This document shows positions 1 through 13,123 of a stretch of 64,000 nucleotides of DNA, in pieces (the stretch's first letter is position 1; each line of letters starts with the position of its first letter). The translations under genes and the position numbers were made by a program. The stretch comes from Macrostomum lignano (lineage: Eukaryota), in contig NIVC01001876.1 in the NCBI GenBank assembly GCA_002269645.1, positions 57,118 to 121,117 on the forward strand, given 5' to 3'. The notes below the pieces were generated by a model, which was not told the origin of the DNA, did no database searches, and was given only the letters and a program-made list of their open reading frames with translations.

Positions 1-977
<977 letters not shown>

Positions 978-1544
978 ACAACAAGATAGATTGTTGTTGC
1001 CTCACCATTGCCGTCCCACCATCTCACCTCCACTGGCCCTCTGTCACTTTCTGCCCTCCTATCTCCAGTGTTCGTCAGGGCCTGCCAACCCACACTACTT
1101 ACAGTACTTACTGAAACTGTTTAACAGGGTCACGGTCCTCTCCATTCTATTTTATGCAGCTTCTTCTCAGTTATTCTGTTAAACTCGATGCAAAAATGCA
1201 TCACTCTACCCTATTCTCTTAGATATTGTGCAGGCACAGATTTTATTGGTTGAAAATTATATTGCAAAAAGATCTAGCACTCTTTATAATTATGCTCCTA
1301 AAAATGAGTCTCCAGTTTCGCTTTCTGGAACTACGGGAGCAATTTCGATCAAAGGTAAGCGTTGCAGTTTTACTCTCTAAGCTATAGGAACATTTTCTTT
1401 ATCCATCATTGCTTTCTGCAAGTCTGCATCGTAGCTATTTTTCTGAAAGATGAGCTGGCTTTTCAACAACTCCTTGAGCCATGACTAAACCATATACCCT
1501 AAACCTTAGCCCTTGAGTCAAACCCTTTTTACCCTAATTAACCT

Positions 1545-2790
1545 GTACACTACACCATGGCTACACTACAATATATGGCACATGTACACTACACCATGGC
1601 TACACTACAATATATGGCACATGTACACTACACCAATGGCTACACTACAATATATGGCACATGTACACTACACCATGGCTACACTACATGGCACATGTAC
1701 ACTACACATGGCTACACTACAATGGCACATGTACACTACACAATGGCTACACTACATTGGCACATGTACACTACACCATGGCTACACTACAATAATGGCA
1801 CATGTACACTACACCATAGCTACACTACAATGGCACATGTACACTACACAATGGCTACACTATATATGGCACATGTACACTACACAATGCTACACTACAA
1901 TGGCACATGTACACTACACCATAGCTACACTACAATGGCACATGTACACTACACAATGGCTACACTACAATAATGGCACATGTACACTACACCATGGCTA
2001 CACTACATGGCACATGTACACTACACCATAGCTACACTACAATGGCACATGTACACTACACATGGCTACACTACAATGGCACATGTACACTACACCATGG
2101 CTACACTACAATGGCACATGTACACTACACCATAGCTACACTACAATGGCACATGTACACTACACAATGGCTACACTACAATGGCACATGTACACTACAC
2201 CATAGCTACACTACAATGGCACATGTACACTACACAATGGCTACACTACAATGGCACATGTACACTACACCATAGCTACACTACAATGGCACATGTACAC
2301 TACACAATGGCTACACTACAATGGCACATGTACACTACACCATGGCTACACTACATTGGCACATGTACACTACACCATAGCTACACTACAATGGCACATG
2401 TACACTACACAATGGCTACACTACATTGGCACATGTACACTACACAATGGCTACACTACATGGCACATGTACACTACACAATGGCTACACTACATTGGCA
2501 CATGTACACTACACCATAGCTACACTACATTGGCACATGTACACTACACCATAGCTACACTACAATGGCACATGTACTCTACACCATGGCTACACAACAT
2601 TGGCACATGTACACTACACCATGGCTATACTACAATGGCACATGTACTCTACACCATGGCTACACTACGTTGGCACATGTACACTACACCATGGCTATAC
2701 TACAGAGGTACATGTACACTACACCATGGCTATACTACATTGGCACATGTACTCTACACCATGGCTATACTACAGAGGTACATGTGCTGT
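1545..2790. repeat. Tandem minisatellite, ~35-bp unit ATGGCACATGTACACTACACCATGGCTACACTACA
   Basis: The unit is visibly repeated. The overlapping ORFs in all three frames (MAHVHYT...) are repeat artefacts. Confidence 0.95.
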
Positions 2791-3260
2791 ACATTAACAT
2801 TTAAACCATGAAACAGTTTTTTTCATTCCTGCCGGCAACTATATACTACTTACTATAGCCATAGCAGTAGCAAGATACTCGCCTCGCATTAGATGGCCCT
2901 ATAGTCACCGAAATATGAAACTTGAGACTGAAAATTGTCAAACCGCTGTGAGCATTACTTATAGTGTTTCTGCTGAGTGCATTTCTTGTCAAAAAACACA
3001 GGAGTCTTGGGCAAACGGGGTGGTTAAAGGTTAGAATAGGGCGCGCGGCTTCGAACTCAAGCAAGCTCAAAGCTCTCGCTTTCTTTTTTTCTATTGTTCG
3101 CGCCTGCAGGTTGGGCTCACTATCTTCTTTGCTTAATTATTTTTGCAACAGGTTTCATTTTCCTGTTATTTTCTGCTCACATGACTGAAGAAAATTTAAA
3201 ACACACTTAACTGGTCTCTAAAAGTGCTATATAATGAGTGTGAGGCTGACATCTCAGAAT

Positions 3261-3796
3261 GGGGGGGGGGTTCATAAGACCGAAATTTCACAACGCCGAA
3301 ACACCATCCTTCACAAGATCGAAACTTCATAAGACCGAAATTTCACAACGCCTCGGTCTTGTGAAGGGCCCTGCATTTTGAGTTTTCGGCGTTGTGAAAT
3401 TTCGGTCTTATGAAGTTTCGGTCTTGTGAAGGATCGTGCAGGAGTTTTCGGCGTTGTGAAATTTCGGTCTTATGAAGTTTCGGTCTTGTGAAGGATCGTG
3501 CAGTAGTTTTAGGCGTTGTGAAATTTCGGTTTATGAAGTTTCGGTCTTGTGAAGGATCGTGCAGTAGTTTTAGGCGTTGTGAAATTTCGGTCTTATGAAG
3601 TTTCGGTCTTGTGAAGGATCGTGCAGTAGTTTTAGGCGTTGTGAAATTTCGGTCTTATGAAGTTTCGGTCTTGTGAAAGATCGTGCAGTAGTTTTAGGCG
3701 TTGTGAAATTTCGGTCTTATGAAGTTTCGGTCTTGTTAAGGGCCTTGCATTTTGAGTTTTCGGCGTTGTGAAATTTCGGTCTTATGAAAGCGACCC
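3261..3796. mobile_element. Non-autonomous foldback-type DNA element with GG...CC ends and an 8-bp TSD (Merlin/MULE-like, superfamily uncertain)
   Basis: CTCAGAAT is duplicated at 3253-3260 and 3797-3804. The left arm TTCATAAGACCGAAATTTCACAACGCCG is the reverse complement of the ~59-bp unit repeated about 7 times in the right part. Confidence 0.7.
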
Positions 3797-4372
3797 CTCA
3801 GAATTTGCGGTACCAATTAATACTCAAGGCAGTGTACGTATTTTTTAAGTCAACATCGAATATCCTTTAGTCAATAGTTATGGTTTAGGCGAGAGTAGAT
3901 TACAATGAATGTAAAGAACTTTTACCAAGACACAATGACAAGTCAAAACTGCCATATAGTTGTTACACCATTCTCAGCGACTCCACCAGCAGATTTTTCT
4001 AAATTGATGAGAGCATTATACGATTATGATTTTATTAACAAACTAATTAAAAATCTATGATTCAGTTATCCGGTAGACTTCGCCAATTATCTTATCTGAT
4101 TGTCAATTCAACTGTCCCTCGCCACGCGTAATCAATGTACACCATACTCTTTGTCCAAGTGACCGATCAATTCACCCACCCCATCTCTTCGTCAAATCAA
4201 ATCAAATTTAAAAGTGGAAAAAAATACTCAGCAACATTGAAAAGTCGCCACTCTGTGCGACAGTGAGCAATTTCTCTTGGACTATTCTGAAATGAAAGAT
4301 ACGAGAAAACTGATCGGGGTAGCTTTAATCCGCCCAACCTCGCACACCGCTCCTCTGCACTTCATTCGTCAA

Positions 4373-4549
4373 CTCAAGTCTGCCGCGGTGTAGCTGAGCT
4401 GCGTCAATCGCAAAGATTGAGAGTCTCAGCAACATCAAAAAGTCGCCATCACAGAAGATTCCGTCCGTGGTGGCCACATTTGAGAGTGCAGGTAAAATCT
4501 CTCAATCTTTGCGAGTGACGCAACTTAGCTACGCCGCGGCAGACTTGAG
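4373..4549. repeat. Imperfect inverted repeat, ~51-bp arms with a ~75-nt spacer, upstream of the TRP gene
   Basis: The left arm 4373-4423 (CTCAAGTCTGCCGCGGTGTAGC...GATTGAGAG) matches the reverse complement of 4499-4549 with a few mismatches. Confidence 0.8.
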
Positions 4550-4722
4550 ACTTGAGACTTGATATACTAGAAAATGGATCAGGGGAGCGGTGTTTCAGTA
4601 GGCCATGCAGCTGTTTCGCCACTTTACTTAATTTTCAATTATGCATTATAGAAAAAACAGGCAGCTAATATAATTCTGAAACTTTTTTTGAACAGGAAAT
4701 AGCTAGTTCTTAACCGGTCTCC

Positions 4723-7700
4723 ATGGCTACTGCTCACTCTGCTGCCCATGAGCAGGGCAGTGAGGATTCAGGCAGATCAGTCTCAGACCAGCCAACAGTC
4801 TCAGCCGACAGGCACGCTACGTTTGACGGATTTGACCCGACCGAGTGGCCTGACATACTGATGATGACAGAAGAGGATGATCCAGACTCTGATGACGATG
4901 TGGATGATGATAAGCTGCCGGACACGAAGCCTCTGGATCACAAATTTATGGGAAATCTGCTGGCGTTTGCAATTGAGGGACAGTTTAAACAAGCGATTGA
5001 ATTTGTTGGAGGCGTGCCCGATCGACAGCTTCAACTGCAGCGAGACAAGCACCAGAGAACTGCCGCTCACTATGCCGGAATGAGTCCTGAAGGAGCAGAA
5101 CTGCTCAAGAAATTAGTACAGAGATTGGGTACTTCCTGTCTGAGGCATGAGGACTGCAACTCGGTAGCTCCACTTCACTATGCTGCTCAGAACTATTCAC
5201 TGCAGCAGTTTAGTGATCTGTTTCTAGGTGCGGAACAGGAGTTGCGGAGCTCAAATTATCGGAATAAAGTGGGAGACACGCTGGCCCACTTTGCTGCTAG
5301 AAATACTAGCGATGAAAAATTCATCAAATCGGTGCTCCACGGCAACAAGTCCGATCGGTTGCTATGGCAAAACAACAGAGGCAGCACGGTGCTTCATGAG
5401 GCAGTTGAGCACTGCAGTGCCGAAACTGTAAAGTATCTCCTTAGCCAGGGGATAAATCACTTCATTCCACTGAGCCTGAGAGATGAGAGCAATGACCATC
5501 AACAAGATGAAGAAGACGAAACAAGTGCGAGCGCAAACAAAAGGGCACGAAAATGGAAGGCACGGCAGGGGGCCATCGAGAAAATGAAAAATCTGAAAGA
5601 CTCCGACGGAAACACGCTGGCCCACTGCGCCTCTAGGAACCGGAATCCGAGCTGCGATAAGGGCGCAGTGTTCCTGGAAGTGGAACAGCTGTTTGGCCAA
5701 GAATGTCTTAACTGGAGGAACTCAATGAATCAGACAGTGCTGCAGGCAGTCATCGAGTACAGCCCAGACAGCACGGCTGAACAGATGGTAGAGGAATTCG
5801 CGAAATACAATATAGATCAGCTTTTTACGCACACCGATAAGTATAAGAACAGTTACCTGCACTTTGCCGCGATGTACAAAAAAGTACAAACATTCGGCAA
5901 GATATTGGAGCTGATGCTTAAAGCTCGTGAAAATGATGAATGCATCAAACAAATTAAAGACAAAAGCAATGTCGATGGCAAAACCGTTTTTTTCCTTGCT
6001 GCCAGTAGCAAAGATGAACTATTTCAGATTCTGAAGGAGAAACTTCCCCTCTTTGATTTGGGGAGAGTCCTTGGTGAGCGCGACAGCAGAAGCAGAAACA
6101 TGCTTTTCTACGCCTGCATGAGCTGGAATTTCTTCTTTTTTAATGTTGAATTAGAGAAACCTGATGCTTTCACAGAAGCCGATACCGATGGAAACAGTCT
6201 TTTGCACGCCCTGTTTTTGAATCCCGAAACCGATGAGAAACATTCCTCCGACAACTTTTTTCAAGCTCTAAACTTCTTAGCTGAAAAAATGACTGGTAGC
6301 ATTAAGCGGGAAAATAATATGGGAAAAAACTTTCTTCACTGCTCCCAGGTAAAAGAAGAAATTCTTATTGAAATATTAAATGATGCAAAAAACATAACTG
6401 GGAAGAAAAACTGAAAGAAGTTTTTCTCAGCAAGGACGGCGTTCACGTAGTTCACGAGTTCGCTTGCAGGTACAACCTGAGGGCACTGATGACACCCCTT
6501 TCTAAGATTGCTGGAGTGAAGAAAGCCGAACTGCGGAGCAAGAAAGTCGAGAGGGGTCCCTTTAAGGGTGCAACCTGCCTGCACTTCGCCTGCCGAGCAG
6601 GTCACCAGGCCAACATTGTTTACTTACAGAATAAGAGCCTCAGCATCTACGCCAGAGACGGCGACGGGCACACTTGCGTAGATTATGCTCGCAACGCTGA
6701 CCAGCTTAAAAGGCTGGTGGAGGTGGTGGAAACGAAGTTGAAGAATCAGGAAGGTCAGGAACCGCCAATTAAATTTCTCCGCCTTCTGGATCCGGCTCAA
6801 GCAGCCTTGAAACTACCTGACCGAGTCGCCGCCATGCAGCACATTAGTAAGATTGTCGATCAACCGGTGATAGATGACGTAGAACGAGGCCAGTCACAAT
6901 TTAAAAAAAAGCACAGACAGGCCAGGCCAACCCTTCGACTGACGTAGCAAGCAAGCCTTCGATTGAAGTCTCCGTATTCGAGGCTGTCTGGAAGGACGGC
7001 TCGACAATGGCGCTTCGAAGTGCACTTAAGCTGGACCCAGTAAGTTCAGATACTAAAACAAAGTTCATTCGGTATTGGGTAAAGAAGCATCCTGGCGATA
7101 AATGCATTGAGGAAAACGAAGAAGAGATGCGAATAGTTGACCTTGCGCTTAGACGCGACAAGCTCGATCTTCTTCCCGACCTCATTCTGACAAGGCAATT
7201 CGAGCTGATTCCCAGCTGCATTCTGCTGATCATTCAGCTGAAAGAAAAAAAGGCCAAAACTGATGAGAGCCATGACCAGCTAAAGCGCCTCAAGAGCAAA
7301 GTCATCAGCATTGCTGTAAACACTCTTGACGAACTATACTTGAATGCGAACGGTGAAGAGAGGCAGCTTTTATTCAATTACAATAGAGGTGACGTCGGAG
7401 GACCAAAGTTTAGCATTGCCGACGATGAAAGCAGCAGAGCGCTCGCATGCTGCGGCGACGAGTCACAGCAGACTCAGCGGCACACTATTTTAGAACTGGT
7501 GGAAATTGCTGAATGCGAGGATCTGTACGCTACGGACTGCATCTACAAGCTGGCTGAAGAAGAGTGGAAAAACTCAAAGATCTGTGGAAGTCCAAAGAGT
7601 CACTTTATACTTAGCGTAGCCATCTACGTAGTATTTATGTTTTACTTTGCCTGGTTCATAACCGACTTTAGGAGTACATTCGATTGGTTGGGTAGTGACA

Positions 7701-9604
7701 TAGCTTTGACAGCATTCGCGCTGCTGTTTGTCGTGCTCGAATTGTTCAAATTATTCTCGCTTCCGCTAAGAAGAATCTGCTGTTGCAACAGCAGAATGAG
7801 CAAGTGCTCGATGCACTGGAGGAATGTCTACAACGTGTTCGACTTCATAGCACTGCTGCTTCTGTGGCTCGGCATTGTCTGGAAATGGGTCATCTTCGGA
7901 AAGCCTGATGACGACACTGCCTACGCGTGCCAGTCTGTTCTCAGCACGTCGTTTCTCTTTTTTGGATTTCGGTCTGTTGCCTTTCTAAGCTTGTATAAAA
8001 GGATCGGGCACGTCATCGTCATACTGATGAATTTAATCGTCAAAGATTTGCTACCCTTCTTAGCTATCATTGCCATTGTTTTCCTGTCTTTCGGAGTGTT
8101 CTTTTTCAATTTGCTGTTCCCGTCAATCACTACGAACTCGACCGAAACTCAGAAACCGTTTTACTGGTGGCGAGTCATGCTGCAGATTTTTACCATGCCG
8201 TTTGACCTGCTTTTTACCAACTACGATCGCTTCGAGTTCGACACTCCTAGAATTGACTTACCCCAGGAAGTCGGTTTTGTGACAAACGCTATCGGACTGT
8301 CCTGGTTTCGCAATCTCACGATGTTTGTCTTCCTCCTGCTGGTGAACATTGTGATGGTGAACCTTCTTATCGCTCTGTTTAGTCTCCGGGTGAGCACACT
8401 TCACAGCAAGGCAACCGGGATCTGGAGACAAGGCTATTTTGAGCTGATTCGAGCGTATCAGAGACGAGCGGAACTGTGTCGGTGCTGCTTCGGAAGAAGT
8501 GCCTCGATTGATCCAGACGACAAACGAGACGTAAGTTTGATTTGATTGAGCTTGACCTGGGTTTGAGTGGATTTGATGGTTTTTTCATAAAATTAAATAC
8601 AATTTCAATTTCAGCTCCCACTTTACTGCTATTAGTTTTCTTCTCTTGCCTTGCAGGTTAAGGAATACATGGGAAAAAAATATCACAATTCATACCTCCT
8701 TTACCTGCGTTACCAAGCTCAACAACTGCGTAAACTTCGCCCGAGGCTGTCTAAAGAATTGGAAAAACATCGAACGGACTTCGAAAAGCTGAAAGCACAC
8801 TTCGAGAACAACATCACACAGGCAAGCTCTGAGATCAGCGACGATCTGGCGCGATTACAGCGCAAGTTGAATGACTTTGAGCACTCTCAGAATCTTAGAA
8901 TTTTAGAGTTGGAACACTCACAGCAGAGGCGGCAGGTAACAGGAGTGAGACGTGCTAACCAACAGCAGAGACAGCTGGTAACAGGAGTGAGACGTGCTGA
9001 CCAACAACAGAGCCAGCAGGGAACTGCAGGAGTGAGACGTGCTGACCAACAACAGAGCCAGCAGAGAACTGCAGGGGTGAGCAGTGCTCACCAACAACAG
9101 AGCCAGCAGAGAACTGCAGGAGTGAGCAGTGCTGACCAACAACAGAGCCAGCAGAGAACTGCAGGAGTGAGACGTGCTGACCAACAACAGAGCCAGCAGA
9201 GAACTGCAGGGGTGAGCAGTGCTCACCAACAACAGAGCCAGCAGAGAACTGCAGGAGTGAGCAGTGCTCACCAACAACAGAGCCAGCAGAGAACTGCAGG
9301 AGTGAGCAGTGCTGACCAACAACAGAGCCAGCAGAGAACTGCAGGAGTGAGACGTGCTGACCAACAACAGAGCCAGCAGAGAACTGCAGGAGTGAGCAGT
9401 GCTGACCAACAACAGAGCAAGCAGGGAACTGCAAGAGTGAGACGTGCTGACCAACAACAGAGCCAGCAGAGAACTGCAGGGGTGAGCAGTGCTCACCAAC
9501 AACAGAGGCACCTGGTACCAAGAGTGAGCAGTGCTCACCAACAACAGAGGAGGCAGCAGGGACCAGAAGCCAGACGTACTGGCAAGCGGGCATGTAGGTC
9601 GTAG
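4723..9604 (+). CDS. Ankyrin-repeat TRP-family cation channel (TRPA-like architecture), with two apparent single-base frameshifts
   Basis: About 14 ankyrin-like motifs (e.g. RDKHQRTAAHYA, RNKVGDTLAHFAA, KDSDGNTLAHCA, GATCLHFAC), then about 6 hydrophobic segments and the S6/TRP-box-like NIVMVNLLIALFS...GIWRQGYFELIRAY. The frame changes at A-runs near 6388 and 6905. A phase-0 intron 8531-8656 (GTAAGT...TTGCAG) joins the last exon 8657-9604. Adding 2 nt gives about 1585 aa. Confidence 0.8.
8930..9560 (+). repeat. Coding 45-bp tandem repeat (15 aa, QQQSQQRTAGV[RR/SS]A[D/H]) in the channel C-terminal tail
   Basis: About 11 full and several degenerate units, in frame within exon 8657-9604. Confidence 0.85.
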
Positions 9605-10471
9605 CAGATGACCGTTGGGAATCGAGCTGAGTACAAACTGTTGGTTATCTGAGGCAGATATTTTCTCCAAACATTTTGTAACGGAAATTTAATTGGAACT
9701 GCCGAATCTCTTATTGCAGCTGAAATCTCGAAAGTATAAGATCAGAAGTATAAATGAACAAAAATTGACTATTTTAAAAACATTTGGTAGGAATGAAAAT
9801 AGAGACGTTTTAAATTACTTTTTGTTTCAGCAGGAATGATAAAAATTTATTGAAACAATTGAAAAGATAGAAACCGATAAAAAACAAAAAAGCATAAGAA
9901 GTTAAGCGGTTTTGTGACTTCCATAAGGATTTAACTCTACACACTGCTTCGATGCATACCTCGTATAATTTTTTTTTCGTGCTTATTTAGAACTTCGAAT
10001 TCAATTGTGATTATATTTTACTTCCCGAATTTTTCATTTTTCATTCTACGAAATATTTAAAATCACTAATAACAAATAACAAATTTTATTTCATCTTATA
10101 ATCTTCGTCTCAACTGATCGCTAAGATAATATGAAAGAAAACGTTCTGTGTAGGTTTTGTGAGTATCGCTGCTAACCTTTTCTAAGAACGTATTTTTTGT
10201 TTGAAATGTCGTATTTTAAGCCATGGACTTTACTATTTAAAGTAGTATATATAGTTTTAAACTGCTGTCATGTCTTGCGTGTAGAAATTATTAGTGAATA
10301 TTTCCAAGCATTATATATCGAACTATCGCACCATATGTTTTTGTAATATTCAAGATTTTTTTGCGAGGACACCATATTTTGTTTGATCTAACAGCTATAA
10401 AATGACGCCGCTTTTACACGAGAGTTTCTTTTTTTCCGTAAGGCAATTTCCTCTTCCAAGCCAGTGTGGAA

Positions 10472-10731
10472 CAGGGGTCAGGAAACTTCGGCCCGCGAAG
10501 CTTCTCTATCCGTGGCCCTACCGTCCTATAAGAACTTCACAATGGCAATTCGGCCCGTTCAATACGTATGTCTCTTCTCACCTCTTCATCTAAATTCTCC
10601 CCTTCTTCTCTCTCCTTCTCTTATCTTCTCTCATCTTCTATCCCAATCTCCTGTCCACTTTCATCTGGGTCGCAGCCATGAGCTGGGTTGTCTATATCTG
10701 GCAATGATGTAAAAAAACTGCGGACCCCTTG
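10472..10731. mobile_element. hAT-type MITE with an 8-bp TSD
   Basis: Ends are CAGGGGTCAGGAAAC...CTGCGGACCCCTTG; flanks are GTGTGGAA / GTGTAGAA. A related degenerate copy starts near 52820. Confidence 0.65.
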
Positions 10732-11094
10732 GTGTAGAAGTTTATTATACTCTTAGAAAGAAACGGCTGTGAAGGCGCTGTGGACGAATATTTGATCGAG
10801 TTTTCGTGCACGCTAACGTATATTTGTATTTTTGTTTGTAGACACGTATGGTTAGTAACTGATGCTTATACTCGCAAGCAGACAGGTCAACGAGGTCAGG
10901 CATTTAATGCTACGGCTTCGGTGGCGATGACATTGATGGAAATAATTATGAATGTGCCGGTCGGAAACATGGCAACAGATTTATAGGAGTGTCACCTGTA
11001 GTGCGTATTTCAGCTTGGCCGTGTTTTTTGAAGGCCATCGTTAGTGGGATTAGCGGCGTTATAGAGGGGGCGTCATAAGTGGGAATATTAGCGG

Positions 11095-11415
11095 CTTTAG
11101 CACCAGGGGCTTAGCAACAGGGCTTTAGCACCACAAGGGCTTTAGCACAGAGGGCTTTAGCACCAGGGGATTTAGCACCACCAGGGCCTTAGCACCACCA
11201 GGGCTTTAGCACCATCAGAGCTTTAGCACCAGGGGATTTAGCACCACAAGGGCTTTAGCACCACCAGGGATTTAGCACCAGGGGATTTAGCACCACCAGG
11301 GCTTTAGCACCACCAGGGCTTTAGCACCACCAGGGCTTTAGCACCAGGGGATTTAGCACCACCAGGGCTTTAGCACCAGGGGCTTTAGCACCACCAGGGC
11401 TTTAGCACCAGGGGA
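11095..11415. repeat. Tandem repeat, 14-17-bp unit GGGCTTTAGCACC(ACC)A
   Basis: Directly visible. Confidence 0.9.
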
Positions 11416-11429
11416 TTAAATTTAGATAA

Positions 11430-11700
11430 GTGGATCCATTATATCCGAACCGCGAGCACTTCACCGTCATGGACGCGTTCAAAGCAAGGAAATTTTTTGG
11501 TTAAATACTCGTACGAGTTAAAGAAGATGCTCAAAAGGTCTTCCGTGGACAACAAAGATGATCAAGAGGCTTTGCTATTCCATCGGTTCATCTGCGGCCT
11601 CTTTGAGCTCATAGGAAGTCACACTAGAATAATAGAGCAAGTTTCACTAAGTGCAAGCTGATTTTAGCTTCAAACTACGAATAGACACAAATTAGGCACA
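11430..11700 (+). pseudogene. Possible degenerate LTR-retrotransposon gag fragment
   Basis: The frameshifted reading MDAFKARK/LVKYSYELKKMLKRSSVDNKDDQEALLFHRFICGL resembles the Y..EL..L...LL...F+.GL pattern of Ty3/Gypsy gag. It is short and was recognised by eye only. Confidence 0.35.
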
Positions 11701-12169
11701 AATCTCATGAAGATATTTAATTTGATTTTTTATTTCATTCATTCGTTCAATTTAATTTTCAAACAGTTCGTTCGTACAAGCGTGCAGAGTAGTTGGAAAT
11801 AAAATGGTCAGATTTGAATAGTCCAATTTCAAGAACTTCTCAACCAATTTGATTAAATTACTAAATCTATAAACTTATAGTTTTACTTTCAGTAGTGTAT
11901 TACAAAGTAGCAAAGTGTTGAAAAATAATATGTAAAAAAACAAGAATAACCGTGTCAGTCTGAATGGATTAACTTTAACTCTTACGGGGTTTTTAGGCAG
12001 TGCAAGGAAAGTTGGAAACAAAAATTTTACATGGCTAATTTTTAGTTCTTTAAAAAAACCTCTCCTAGTTTTTATAACCCCCCCGCCCTAAAATTATGGT
12101 CATTTAAACGGGTGAATAAAATTTAAAGTTAGACACAAATGGTATAAAATTACTCAACTAACACGAGGA

Positions 12170-12294
12170 GGGTGTCCAAAAAGTCGTCCACAAAATTTGA
12201 GCTGCTAAAGCTTATTTTTGATATTGAAGCCCTTTGTATGTTTTTGGAAGTAAATTTATGATTAAAACTCTGATAACTACTTTTTGGACAACCC
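12170..12294. mobile_element. Small Tc1/mariner-type MITE relic
   Basis: Inverted termini GGGTGTCCAAAAAGT ... ACTTTTTGGACAACCC. Confidence 0.45.
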
Positions 12295-12704
12295 AAATAT
12301 CACTAACTAAAAGCTAATGTGCTTTTTCGAATTAGGTGTACTTTATTTAGAATAATTTGTACTTTATGAAACTACAGAGAACATATCCGCCTCTCACCAA
12401 AATAAGAAGTCTATTAGAAAGAAAGGCATAAAGAACTGCAAAAACTACTGCGGATTCAGGAGAAAAATTCTTTATTAAAGCAGCCAAACTTTAGCCAATG
12501 TTTGAGCCTAAATACCAAAAAACTTAAATGACAAATAACAAGTACAATATTAGACAAATAAATTCGACTGGAGTTATTTACAGGCCACAGGAAACCCAAA
12601 AGCCAAAAGCTATTTTTTGTTAAAAAACTCAGTCGTCAGTATGGCAATGTTTTTTCCTGATTCAAACAGACAGTCAATGTTTTAATATCATTTATTTTCT
12701 TGGT

Positions 12705-13090
12705 TATTTGGATAGATTAGCAATCCATTCTATTACTACCTATGATAGTTAATTGGATAGATTAGCAATCCATTCTATAACTACTTATGATAGCTATTTG
12801 GATAGATTAGCAATCCATTCTATAACTACTTATGATAGCTATTTAGATAGATTAGCAATCCATTATATTACTACCTATGATAGCTAATTGGATAGATTAG
12901 CAATCCATTCTATTACTACTTATGATAGTTAATTGGATAGATTAGCAATCCATTCTATTACTACTTTTGATAGTTAATTGGATAGATTAGCAATCCATTC
13001 TATTACTACCTATGATAGCTAATTGGATAGATTAGCAATCCATTAAATTCCTACTTATCATACCAGATAAGATAGATTAGCAATCCATTC
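12705..13090. repeat. 45-bp tandem repeat just downstream of the kintoun stop codon
   Basis: Unit TTGGATAGATTAGCAATCCATTCTATTACTACCTATGATAGTTAA, about 8 copies. Confidence 0.9.
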
Positions 13091-13123
13091 GCTTATTCCT
13101 CCAGACCAGCCCACCAACCCGAT

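Noticed and set aside
3261-3796. CRISPR-like appearance of this and other regular arrays
   Set aside because: There are no unique spacers and no cas genes, and the context is eukaryotic.
6349-6469. An intron explaining the first TRP frame break (donor 6349, acceptors 6430 or 6469)
   Set aside because: Both acceptors lead into a frame that stops at about 6505 and not into the ankyrin-coding frame.
8918-9670. Antisense hydrophobic ORFs over the TRP tail repeat
   Set aside because: They are reverse-strand shadows of the coding 45-bp repeat.
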